A stretch of 63,264 nt of DNA, from the NCBI GenBank assembly GCA_965113315.1, contig OZ220371.1, one strand, 5' to 3'. Origin of the DNA: Podarcis vaucheri (lineage: Eukaryota). The notes beneath the pieces were generated by a model that worked only from the letters and a program-made list of their open reading frames with translations, ran no database searches and was not told the origin of the DNA. Below are positions 12,039 through 23,652 of this stretch, one piece after another; position 1 is the stretch's first letter, and every line of letters begins with the position of its first letter. The position numbers were made by a program, and so were the translations under genes.

Positions 12039-13309
12039 TTCTCAGGTGTGCTGGATGTTAGCTGCCATTATGCAGGATGGAATTCCTTTCTGTAGGTCAT
12101 CGCTGGGACAGTTCCTGACTTTGTGCACTCTGGCGATGTTCTGGAGATGTTAGGAGCAAGTCTGCCCTTTTGACACTTGTGATTTTACCCTGTGATTCCC
12201 CCCTCCTTTCTCGGGCTGAGCAAGCATTTGATATGGCAGCCATTTTGTCAGCATGTTACAACAGCATATCTTCAGCTCCTGTGAAAGATGATTATCGTAA
12301 GGGTAAATAACATGTTATCTTTTGGATTTTGTTGGATCCCAACTCCATCAGCCCCAAGAAACACAACCAATGCTTATGGTTGATGGGACTTGTAGTTCAA
12401 CAGCATCTGGAGGGTACTACATTGTCTTCCTCTAGATTGCTCTGATAGAAAACTGCTTCCATTGTATTAGGGCATTTTTGTTTTATCGTCTCCTATGCCC
12501 TTTTACGCAAAGCATGCAAACCTTCAGAAGATTAAAATTGATGGCAACTCCAGTTAAGAACCAACTCTGGAGTTTATGTATTAAATGGATTTTCAGATTA
12601 ATGGAAATGGTGTGCAACTGAACATTTATGGGCTTATTCATTAAACTTCATTATGCCCTTTATAAATCCTTTATGCTTGCGGGAAACAAATGAAAACAAC
12701 AGTGGATTTGTGGAACATTTCTAAAGTGAATTAAATTTAGCATTAGTGCAGGATCAGTGCTCTTATAATCAGAGCCCTTCAAACTATTTCAGCACAATTC
12801 CCCAAAGCAGAAGTACATTGCAGAAAACCAATACTGACATCTTAACCATGCTTTGCAGCAAATACTGAATGAAATGGACTTCTTCACACCAAAAGCAGAT
12901 CGACATAGTTGTGTGCTATCAGTTTCACACAGGAAAGAAATACTTTTAGGAAAAGCTTTATATTTTTGTGTTTTGGGCATGATTCTCCAGGTAAAATTTA
13001 ATTCAGAGAAACAGCACCACAGAATGATCCTATCATTTAAAGTGAAAACAAACAGTTGATTGATGCTTTCTTGTGTTTAGGTTCAGGTGATATCAAGTTT
13101 TGTGAATGTCACCAATCCCAGATGAATTTGGTGACTGTCCAAATTTCCTAATAAAAAAGAACTATGTTGAATTATGCCTAATAAGAAAATGTATCTGGAT
13201 CTTTTAGAACAAGGCTGAGAATGAGCGAGTTAAAAAAGGAGCTGTCTGGCTTCTCCTGGAATATTAAGAGGATGAAAAATAAGCCATGGTACATAATTAT
13301 TTCCAAATA

Positions 13310-13450
13310 GTTACCTCTGCTAGTCTGTTGCAGCAAAAACAACAAAGCATCTAGTGGGACCCTAAAGACTTACAAATTTATGATGCCATAAGTTTTTTCT
13401 GATAAAGTGGATTCTAGTCCACGAAAGCTTATGCCCAAATATACCTTAGT
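13310..13450. mobile_element. Penelope-like element terminal fragment
   Basis: TAGTCTGTTGCAGCAAAAACAACAAAG..CCTAAAGACT and CCACGAAAGCTTATG resemble recalled reptile Penelope termini. Confidence 0.55.
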
Positions 13451-13641
13451 AATGTGAAAGACAACTTTCTGTTTAATCACAGAACTGTCTGCAAAATGGG
13501 TTGCTCTTTCATCAGACCTTCAAATTGCAAAGCTTTTGCAGTTCAGAATCAAGAATCTGAAACTTAAATGGTTGCAAGGACAATGTGTCTACTATTGATG
13601 TATCTAAAACTAACTTGAAAGTTTTAATAAGAAGGGTATAT

Positions 13642-13836
13642 CAGGGGTCAGCAACCTAAGGCCCATAGGCCGGAAGCGGCCCATGAAGGTCGTTTGACTG
13701 GCCCACAAGCCGCCCCTGAACCGAGTTGCCTGCTCACATGCTGCGCTAAAATCGCGAGCGTGTGTGTGATCCTGCCCACGGAGGGATCTCTGCAGGACCA
13801 ATCTGGCCCAGGCAAGATAAACCTTGCTGACCCCTG
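13642..13836. mobile_element. hAT MITE
   Basis: TIR CAGGGGTCAGCAA / TTGCTGACCCCTG, perfect 8-bp TSD GGGTATAT. Confidence 0.93.
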
Positions 13837-13917
13837 GGGTATATGATCCAGATATAAAATATTTTAAGTCCCATATAGTACAGTGGGTACCAGTTCAATG
13901 CTTGCTTGACTCTTCTG

Positions 13918-14346
13918 TAGGGATGGAGGAAAAACCCAGTTCAGTTCACATTTAAAGGCGAATCTACCTAATCTACCGAATTTGCACTTTCTGAACAATA
14001 TGCAAACTGAAAGTCTTTAGAAATTCACTCTTCTCTAAATTTTCCTGTGCAACTCCAACCAAGGGATGTACATCTACTAGGGTAAAACCCATATATAAAT
14101 GCATACATACATTAATATAACATACAAAAATAAATTATATTAAGAAAATTCCTTTGCAAACATGTTTCTTTTAGGCAAAATTGCATTAAAAGGTGTATAT
14201 TAGGATAAATTTGGACTGATGCTGATGGAGTTTCATGAAGACCTTAAAAAATAAACAAATATGGAAACGTGGAGAATTGACCTTAGGGCTGAAAAAAAAT
14301 GAGAAACTGAGAAAATCTGAAATTGACAGTTTTTTCTCCATCCCTA
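13918..14346. mobile_element. Non-autonomous hAT (Ac-like) element
   Basis: TIR TAGGGATGGAG / CTCCATCCCTA; degenerate 8-bp TSD CTCTTCTG/CACTGCTG. Confidence 0.8.
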
Positions 14347-15365
14347 CACTGCTGTCTATCTCAATGGCTTAGATCTTGAGAAGCACTCAGGGAAGATGGT
14401 TGTCAGAATGTGATTCCACACATTCTCCCCTCTGCAACCCCCATGCCCTCAAGACTACTCCTTAGGGAGAGAGGCCCAGCTGAATGGAATGGCTTTCAGC
14501 ATGGGAGACTGAGTTGATGGACCATCACTCAAAGGCAAAGTGGAGTCACCTTCTGTAAACATAATTTCAGGGAACCTGAAGTCCATAATTTCAGGGAACC
14601 TGCCTTTGGGTGATTGCAAGGGGAGCTGGTTTCAGTTCTGACTCCATTCAACAAGTTCCAAAGCTTTAAAGCCACAGCCCCTTGCCTCGCGTTCAGGCAG
14701 CAGCTGTTATAAAATGTTGGCTGTAGAAACTCTTGCAGACTCTTCAGGTCCAGTGGGAGAAGATCACAGGTAATAAGGAACAGTGGGAAGCAGTTTGGGA
14801 GTATTAAGGTCTAACTGTACATTTTCTTGGCTACTTTTGCTAAGTTATAGCTTCCTTTCTGCTCCTACGCAACTCCCCCTAGAGGATGTTCTACTGCCAT
14901 ATAGCAATGTATGAAGTCTTGTGTTCCATGGAAAATAATAGATTTCTCCCATTTTCCAGGTAGTTCTAAACTTAGTAACAACCCATATGATTTCCAGTAA
15001 TGCTGTTGTTACAGTTAGTCATGAAAAAAAGAGGAAAACCAGTATAAATAAATTAGCTGCATTCTGAAATGCATCGTGAAGAGACCAGAAATTCATTTTG
15101 CCACCATTTTCAAACTGTATCTTGTTTATTTTGCAGAATTGCAGGTTGTTTTAGATGTGCTTGAAAACACAGCAACTAAGTTCCACTTCTTCCAATTTGT
15201 CACTATGTTACGGGAATTTTTCTAACATTTCTCATTAATATTATTTTTCACTTTCAGCAGAACCCAAAACTTAACCTGTTTATTAAATGAGACAACTCAC
15301 TGGGAGATATATGATTGGAACTCCTATGGGCTGACTTGTTTTGTTTTGAGTTCAAGGCAGCTGTA

Positions 15366-15726
15366 AAGGCAAAGGTAAAGGGACCCCTGACCATTAGGTC
15401 CAGTCGTGACCGACTCTGGGGTTGCGGCGCTCATCTCGCTTTATTGGCCGAGGGAGCCGACGTACAGCTTCTGGGTCATGTGGCCAGCATGACTAAGCGG
15501 CTTCTGGCAAACCAGAGCAGCGCACGGAAACGGCATTTACCTTCCCGCTGGAGTGGGAAGGTATCTATTTATCTACTTGCACTTTGACGTGCTTTGGGAC
15601 TGCTAGGTTGGCAGGAGCAGGGACCGAGCAATGGGAGCTCACCCCGTCACAGGGATTTGAACTGCTGACCTTATGATCGGCAAGTCCTAGCCTCTGTGGT
15701 TTAACCCACAGCGCCACCCACGTCCC
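15366..15726 (-). mobile_element. Sauria SINE
   Basis: Full length; TSD TTCAAGGCAGCTGTA/TTCAAAGCAGCTGTA. Confidence 0.94.
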
Positions 15727-16440
15727 TTCAAAGCAGCTGTAGAGGAGTCCAAATTGGATCTAAATATCTCCCAAGCTACTAGTTCTCACTCAGAGGGAAA
15801 CCTATTGTTATCTGTATGGTTTGTCCTGCAGGATAAATAACATCTGCAAGGAAGGAGATTTAGAATGGGGAAATGGCACAGGTAAAACCCCTCACCCAAC
15901 TGCGCACCTCTAATCCAGTTTTCCCCAAAGCATTTTTGAACTTGAAGAAAACAGCCACTGGGAGATCATGGATCTCCTGCCTAGCTTGATCCTGATAGAA
16001 GAATAAATGGTGGGATTCCTTGAGAAAAATATTTTTGTAGCCATTATTTGCTACCATCTTGAATAATAATCTGTAATGGTATTTTCCCATTACCTAAATG
16101 TTATAGTTCACCGTTATTTGTCTAGTCCTGATGAAGATCACAGCTGGTATCATCCTTAAACATCAGCTGCTGAGGACTGGAAGGGACCAGTCCTAGCCAC
16201 TGTTTCCTTCTCTCTATTGCTGGTTGCTAGAGGTGAGTGGATGAATGGAGATGGTGGCAAGGAGCAACAGCTGATGATCACATGTTCTCTAATGGGTGAT
16301 GGGGCAGACTTATTTATTTATTTTAACTGCATTTGTATCACACATTCCCCCCAAGAAATGAGGGTAAGCACATGTGTTTGTGGCAATTTACAATGATATA
16401 ATGCAAATAACTCTTCTGCCAACCTAGTTCATGTCCTCCA

Positions 16441-16631
16441 AGCGGGGTCTAAACCACTGAGTTCCTTGGGCTTGCCGGTCAGAAGGTCAGTGGTTTGAAT
16501 CCCCATAATGAGGGGAGCTCCCGTTGCTCTGTCCCAGCTTCTTCCAACCTAGCAGTTGAAAGCATGCCAGTGCAAGTAGATAAATCGGTACTCCTGCAGT
16601 GGGAAGGTTAACAGCGTTTCCCTGTGCTCTG
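16441..16631 (+). mobile_element. Sauria SINE, 3'-truncated
   Basis: Head and GTGCAAGTAGATAAAT core only. Confidence 0.8.
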
Positions 16632-17622
16632 AACCTAGCCCCTTTAGAGGGAATCACTCAGTTTTCTTGTCATGCAATTAATTTATTCATATGTTCTTAG
16701 ACTTTTATTAAAATGTAGCTCTTTTTGTTTACATCCCATTTTGAGAGCATTTAAGTCACAAATGGGGGGCAGTTTATTAAAAAAAACCACTCTATTTTTC
16801 ATGGGGGATGCTTTTAACATTTGAAGAGAAATTTTAATTGCTTTTTTTACCGTAAATAATATCTTCCCTAAGTCTGTATTATGAAGCTTGATTGATTCAT
16901 TATTTTAAGTCTCCGGGTACCACATGAATGATTTTATAATAAAACTACATTAATATTAGAAGTTATGTCAATTATGTTTTTAAATTGAGCACTAATGAAA
17001 AAAGGTCTCCTGCACAAATGTATAATTAATATCTTCCCCACCAAATACTTATACTGATAACTAGTAATAGCTCTGTCTTATTTAAAAACCCTGTCTGGAA
17101 TGTCCATAAAGGGGGAAAAAGAGGATACTTTGTTTTAAAATAAAATGTGGAAATCCATTTTGTTTTCCCAAACTGAAGGTTTTTTCGTTTTTCATTTTTA
17201 AAGCAGCCCTCACCTTTACACAACATGTTCTTAAACCACATTGGGGTTCCTGTCAGCAACTAGTCTTTGTACTGTCAGAAGCCACATTCATATTATATAT
17301 TTAAAGCCCTTTGCTTCCACCAAATAATTCTGGAAACTGTAGTTAAGTCTTCACAGAGCTACAATTCCCAGCACTCTTAACAAGCTACAGTTCCCAGGAT
17401 TCTTTGGGGTAAGCCATGGGCTTTAACTGGACAGTGTAGGTGTGACCAGAGAATAACTACAGAAGAGGAATGGTGGACCAAAATTCCAAATGCCACTCTC
17501 AGAGTGGGCCACTGAGGACCAAACTACACATTAATTTTAATCCAAAGTTCTGCGCTTGAGTGCAGGTGCTTCTCACATATACATAGATTCTTGATGTGAG
17601 GACCCCAGCATGGATTAGAATA

Positions 17623-17864
17623 CAGTGGAACCTTGGTTCTCAAACACCTTGGTACTTGAACATTTCGGTTCCCGGACACCAAAAACCTGGAAGTAAGTGT
17701 TCTGGTTTCCTAATGTTTTTCAGAAGCCGAATGTCCCAATGCTGCTGTCGGCTATTGTTTTTGGGATGCCTGCACCAATCAGAAGCCACGCCTTGGTTTT
17801 CAAATGTTTCAGAAGTCAAATGGACTTCCGTAATGGATTATGTTCGAGAACCAAGGCACCACTG
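17623..17864. mobile_element. Tigger/pogo-like MITE
   Basis: TA-CAGTGGAACCTTGGTTCTC ... GAGAACCAAGGCACCACTG-TA. Confidence 0.88.
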
Positions 17865-18314
17865 TACTAGAATGAGAAGTGGGATATTTTAAGCCCTTTC
17901 CTCATGCCGTGATCTCAGTCTGGATCTCTCCTTTCTTCACAACTGCAATTTGTATTGCCAATAAATAAACAAAAACAACCTAGTTATTTCAATGGGACCT
18001 CCTTTTTTGCAATTCGATTGGAGGTCCAGCTCATCCTCTGATCCAGATTGGGACCATAGTGGGAGGGAAAGTATTTAAGTTCCAGGAGTCTGCTGTCATA
18101 ACCATGAATATATGATCACTTGTAGTCCCCCACCCCTGAGGTCCTAGTGATACAGGCACCCTGCTCACTTTATAAGTCTGTGTTGGAAACTAGAAGATGG
18201 ATTGGCATCCCACTTGTTGTCAGATTTGTCTCAGGAGTCTCCCATTGCTGAAGCTTTATTTTTTTTTAAAGACATAACAGCTTTCCATCCACACTCATGG
18301 TCAGGAGGCTGTTG

Positions 18315-19019
18315 AATCATAGAATCATAGAATCATAGAATCATAGAATCATAGAGTTGGAAGAGACCACAAGGGCCATCGAGTCCAACCCCCTGCCAAG
18401 CAGGAAACACCATCAGAGCACTCCTGACATATGGTTGTCAAGCCTCTGCTTAAAGACCTCCAAAGTAGGAGACTCCACCACACTCCGTGGCAGCAAATTC
18501 CACTGTCGAACAGCTCTTACTGTCAGGAAGTTCTTCCTAATGATTAGGTGGAATCTTCTTTCTTGTAGTTTGGATCCATTGCTCCGTGTCCGCTTCTCCG
18601 GAGCAGCAGAAAACAACCTTTCTCCCTCCTCTATGTGACATCCTTTTATATATTTGAACATGGCTATCATATCACCCCTTAACCTCCTCTTCTCCAGGCT
18701 AAACATGCCCAGCTCCCTTAGCCGTTCCTCATAAGGCATCGTTTCCAGGCCCTTGACCATCTTGGTTGCCCTCCTCTGGACACGTTCCAGTTTGTCAGTG
18801 TCCTTCTTGAATTGTGGTGCCCAGAACTGGACACAGTACTCCAGGTGTGGTCTGACCAGAGCAGAATACAGTGGCACTATTACTTCCCTTGATCTAGATG
18901 CTATACTCCTATTGATGCAGCCCAGAATTGCATTGGCTTTTTTAGCTGCCGCGTCACACTGTTGGCTCATGTCAAGTTTGTGGTCAACCAAGACTCCTAG
19001 ATCCTTTTCACATGTACTG
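18315..19019 (-). mobile_element. CR1 LINE 5'-truncated copy (young)
   Basis: Open ORF2 C-terminus (18413-18991), five-unit (ATTCTATG)n tail, nearly identical to 1766-2385. Confidence 0.96.
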
Positions 19020-21110
19020 AGCTAGACTGGAAAGAGGAAAGAGAGGCCAAGCATTCTAGATCTTTTAATATTGATGGGAAATGTGAATATTTGAATTTCC
19101 GTGTAATGTCCTTGCATTACAAGATGCTAAAGGTTAATGAAGTTTCAGCCATTGCTCAACGTTTATGGCTCTATTAATTTTATGTTAGAAGTGAAACTAA
19201 ATGCAATTTTAATGCACTCACACATGCATCTAGTCACAAAGTATATTGATCACCTATCAGGCTATAAAATAAATTCTAAAAGTAAGTAGATAATAGTGTG
19301 TGTGTGTGATTGCATCATAAAAGACATTGGCCAGTCTCTTACAGTAACATTACTAAAAAGAGTATACATCTTCTTCTTTTTTATGTTATTTTAAGCAGAA
19401 GCTTTTTTAATGCGAGAAGCCATTACTCACTCAAGAGCTTAAAGCTATCGCCAAGAGTCAAAATGGAAATACCAATGCCATGACAACATAGATGAATCTT
19501 TGGCTTTCCAGACAGCGGATTTATTTTTAAATGGTGTGAATCCAATCTGTACTGGGAAGCCAACTTTGAAACACAAAGGAGGGATTGGCAAGGGGAGGTT
19601 TTCTCTGGCTCAGCTGAAGTGAGGCTCTCCATTGCATTTTCATCCTAGCAGAGCGCGTAACTGTGAAAATCGTTCAAATTGTAATTCTCATCGGCTTGCC
19701 AAAAGGGGATTATGAATTAAAGTCAGTGTTGCAGGAAATGTCACCTGCCCTTCTGGAAAGACTAACAATAAATCAAAAAAAGGGTCCTTTTGTTCATCCT
19801 TTTTTAAAGGAAATAAATAAATAAAAACCCTCTTTGCTCTTTATCGTTAACACAGAAGGTCAACAGCCCACCAACCGCTTCTTATCAGTGTTCATTTTCA
19901 AAGCTTTTTTTTTCAAAGTTTATTTTATTTTATTTTTTAGAAACCTAATTTGCTTTTGAACAAAAAGGAATATAATGAGTGAGTTCAATGAAACACTTTT
20001 TGTGGGAGGGGGAGGCAGGTAGCCCACAAAGAAAGTTGCATAGAGGAAGACAAAGGTGAACTGAACAATGCTGGATGGGTTTGTAGCGCAGCTTAACTCT
20101 TACAAGGTGTTTATAAAGATTCAAGAAGATGGGGACCATGGTTTGTTTCTGCCATCAGCCTGAGCCAAACAAAAGAACAGCATTCTACACAGAGAAAGAA
20201 TGTGATCAATAGTTCTTTTGGAGATAACCAGAGTAATATATTTAATTGGGGCACACTTATGAAACGAGGCGAACGAAGGTGTAGATCCACAAGCTATTTT
20301 TTCCCTCTTTTATCTAATATCTCCTGAGACTTCAACAGAAATGGGGGTGTTGACTATGAAAATTGTTTTTATCCCACACCTGGGGTGGCAGGAATTACCT
20401 GCTGTCAAGTGATACTTCCTTGCATTCATTAAAAAATGAGAATGGACACAGAAGGGGTTGCTGATAGCGCCACTTCTATCTCAAACAAAACCTGCCATTG
20501 ATATGTTAAGGTTTCCTGCTATTCCGAATATACGAGGAAGCAATTGCACTGAAAGAGAAACATCCAGGAAATAATTCTTCTCTGTCAGGACTACCAGGGC
20601 ATACTAACAAGGGCATGAAATGTACTAAAAACTTACAGCCACAGGAAAATATGAACGTTTTGTGGGGACTGCCAACTGGGCCTACATGTGGCAATGCAGA
20701 AACCTCATAATTGGGCGTACACCACTTTTGCATCCTTCTGTTGAGGAAGGAAGCAGAACACCTCACATGAACAATGACAGGTGAAGGACAGAAGCCTCAG
20801 AAAATAATATTAATAAACCCCAAACCCTGCATAGTTCAAAACCAGAAAGCTTGATGGCCAACAAACACAGAACGAAGATGGTGAGTTAGGAACTCCAAGC
20901 CTCTCTATGTGGCCCTCAGGACTCACACCACACCACCCATCCTCACCTGGACTTCTTCTCACAAGGCTATTCCCCCTTACTAATCCTCCTTTGCACCCTT
21001 CTTCAATATTTTTGCCTTTCTGGGATGTGACCTTCAATTCTGATAATGCCTCATGTTTGGAAGGAGGACAAAATGGGATGGATGGGTTAGTAGAAACTAG
21101 CCTACTGTAC

Positions 21111-21496
21111 CGCCGAAGAATCAATGCTTTTTAATTATGGTGCTGGAGGAGACTCTTGAGAGTCCCATGGACTGCAAGAAGATCAAACCTATCCATTCTG
21201 AAGGAAATCAGCCCTGAGTGCTCACTGGAAGGACAGATCCTGAAGCTGAGGCTCCAATACTTTGGCCACCTCATGAGAAGAGAAGACTCTCTGGAAAAGA
21301 CCCTGATGTTGGGAAAGATGGAGGGCACAAGGAGAAGGGGACGACAGAGGACAAGATGCTTGGACAGTGTTCTCGAAGCTACCAGCATGAGTTTGACCAA
21401 ACTGGGGGAGGCAGTGGAAGACAGGAGTGCCTGGCGTGCTCTGGTCCATGGGGTCATGAAGAGTTGGACACGGCTAAACGGCTAAACAACAACAAA
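21111..21496 (+). mobile_element. BovB (RTE) LINE 3' end
   Basis: RVPWTARRSNLSILKEISPECSLEGQILKLRLQYFGHLMRR, (CAA)n tail, TSD CCTACTGTAC at 21101-21110 and 21497-21506. Confidence 0.96.
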
Positions 21497-23271
21497 CCTA
21501 CTGTACAAAGGTAATTTACATTTGTTGCTCCACCTGCTTATTGCCTCTGGTCCCCCCTGCCATGTGGTCATTGAAAGATTGCACAGAAGGTAATATGTTC
21601 CTTGGGCTGAAACATTTATCCATAGAAACTATGAGTATAGATGGGTCCCAAGACCCATGAGAACTGAAGTCCCAGGGCGCTGTACGTGGATGGACATTGC
21701 CATTCAAATGGTGTGCATCTGCTGTGTCATGTGATCGATTATGCAGGGGCTTACCTGCCCCTCCATATTTTATTCAAGTTGGCACCCCTGACAACTAGTT
21801 TCCAGGATTCTTCTGGAGGGGTGTGTACTTGAAATGAGTTTTAATTGTATGATGTGCATGCAGCCTTACTCTACCCATGACAACATCCTCTTTGGCTGAA
21901 GGGTGGTATACAAACTGAATAAATAATAATAATAGCTTCTCGGGGATTTTATTTGACAGAAGTCTACCAAATAGTAGAGTGCTTCTATGTCCCCAGAACC
22001 TTATGCAAAAATAACCAGTGATTTTCATATCTCACCTTAACTCCAAGGAATTCAAGATGACATGTGTGATTCGCTCACTTCATTTCCTCCTACTCCACCC
22101 TGTGAGGTAGATTAGCTATGTGGGCTCCAGTTCACCTATGGTTGAGCAGGGATTTGACTAAACTGGTGGTCATTTAAAAATGAAGCAACAGAACAGTCTG
22201 ACCAACACTATACAAAAGTTGTGGTATGATATGTATCCTTACAACTTTCTGAGTTAAAAGCAACAAACAAAATGATATATTTCCAAGGATGCAGAAGGCT
22301 CGTGTATCAGTGGAAGGTTTTCAAATTGGGCCTTTTTGTAGCGATACATTCAATTTGTTTCTCTCTCTCTGCTTTCTAGAGTTAATATTGTTACTTTGAA
22401 ATGCTCCTAGCATTCTGTAAGTAGGAAGAGAACAGTTATTTTCAGCGATTGGTTTCAGTTTTGTCCCCTGCATGCTCACTTCGATATGAGGTGTAACGAA
22501 ATGTTACAGCTTGCATTCAGTTGCATAAATGACGCATGTCCTTGCAAACACAAGCTGCAGATTTCCATAACAATATGCTATATTGGGCTTGTTTGCATTG
22601 CCCATCTTCCTGCTCTCACTCTTCACACTTTAAAAGGCAGCTTTATGTGAGGGAGAATTAAGGAGAAAAGGGGGAAATGAATTTTGGATGAGATTATGAG
22701 CTGACCTCAAAAATGTCCATTGCACAACTCGAAGCTAAAGCGTTGCCATGAAAAATCGCATTTATAAGTTATGTGCTAACTTACAGACATCACAATGGCA
22801 TTTTGAATTATGACACCGAATGCTGAAGCTTGATTTAATCTAAAAGCCACAATTTTGTCCAGATTTTAGTTCTGGAAAATTGTTTGATTTTTTTTTTTTT
22901 AAAGAGGATTGTGTCTGGAAGCAAAAGACTTGTTTAACCGTTCTTAGCTTTTTCAGTCTCTCGTGTTGCAACAGTATGGAAGCATGTAATTTTCATTTAG
23001 CAATTGAAACAGATTGAGGAAACAAAGAGTTTTCTATCTTATCTGTAAACAACGACTGCACTGAGCTCCAGACAGTCATCTTCATTGTTCATCAGACTAA
23101 AGAAGTGGATTACAATGTTCTGATATAGCGGAACATACAAGGGAGATCACTAAAACAGCAGACCCCCTCAAGTGCCCCAATTTAATAGGGACATCCCAAA
23201 TTTACAGAAGCAGCCCCGGCTTCTGAACTTAATCCAGGATCCCCCCAATTTCCCCAGAAGCTGCTCCAGGC

Positions 23272-23640
23272 TGAAATATACTTAGAGTCGCAAAGTGATT
23301 TCATGCTCTTTATTCAGCTCATAGTGGTGAGGAGGAATGAATGAATGTCCCCTCAAAGTATCTGCTTATATACATTATTTACACAATGGGCTGCACATGA
23401 TTGGTTAATTCTGGAATTCTACTGTAAGCCAATCAGGTTGTGGATTCACTTATATCTGGAGCATGATTGGGTGGTTCCTGCCAACCAATCATACTGCTGC
23501 ATTGTTCTTGGACCAATCAGACTGCTGCATTCTGAATCCTATTGTTCTAGGACCAATCAGACTGCTGCAATTTGGATCCTATTGTTCTAGGACCAATCAG
23601 ACTGCTGCAGTTTGGATCCTATTCAACTCAGTACATAACA
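23272..23640 (-). repeat. 3' LTR of the Gypsy element
   Basis: Same sequence as 27853-28221 by eye; the ORF track gives identical 81-aa translations at 23345 and 27926. AATAAA on minus at 23309-23314. Confidence 0.96.
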
Positions 23641-23652
23641 CCCCTCCCCTCT
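23641..23652 (-). promoter_or_regulatory. Polypurine tract
   Basis: AGAGGGGAGGGG abuts the 3' LTR and overlaps the ORF stop codon TAG. Confidence 0.92.

Noticed and set aside
23500-23625. CRISPR-like regularly spaced repeats
   Set aside because: Head-to-tail tandem units without unique spacers, inside a eukaryotic LTR; no cas genes.
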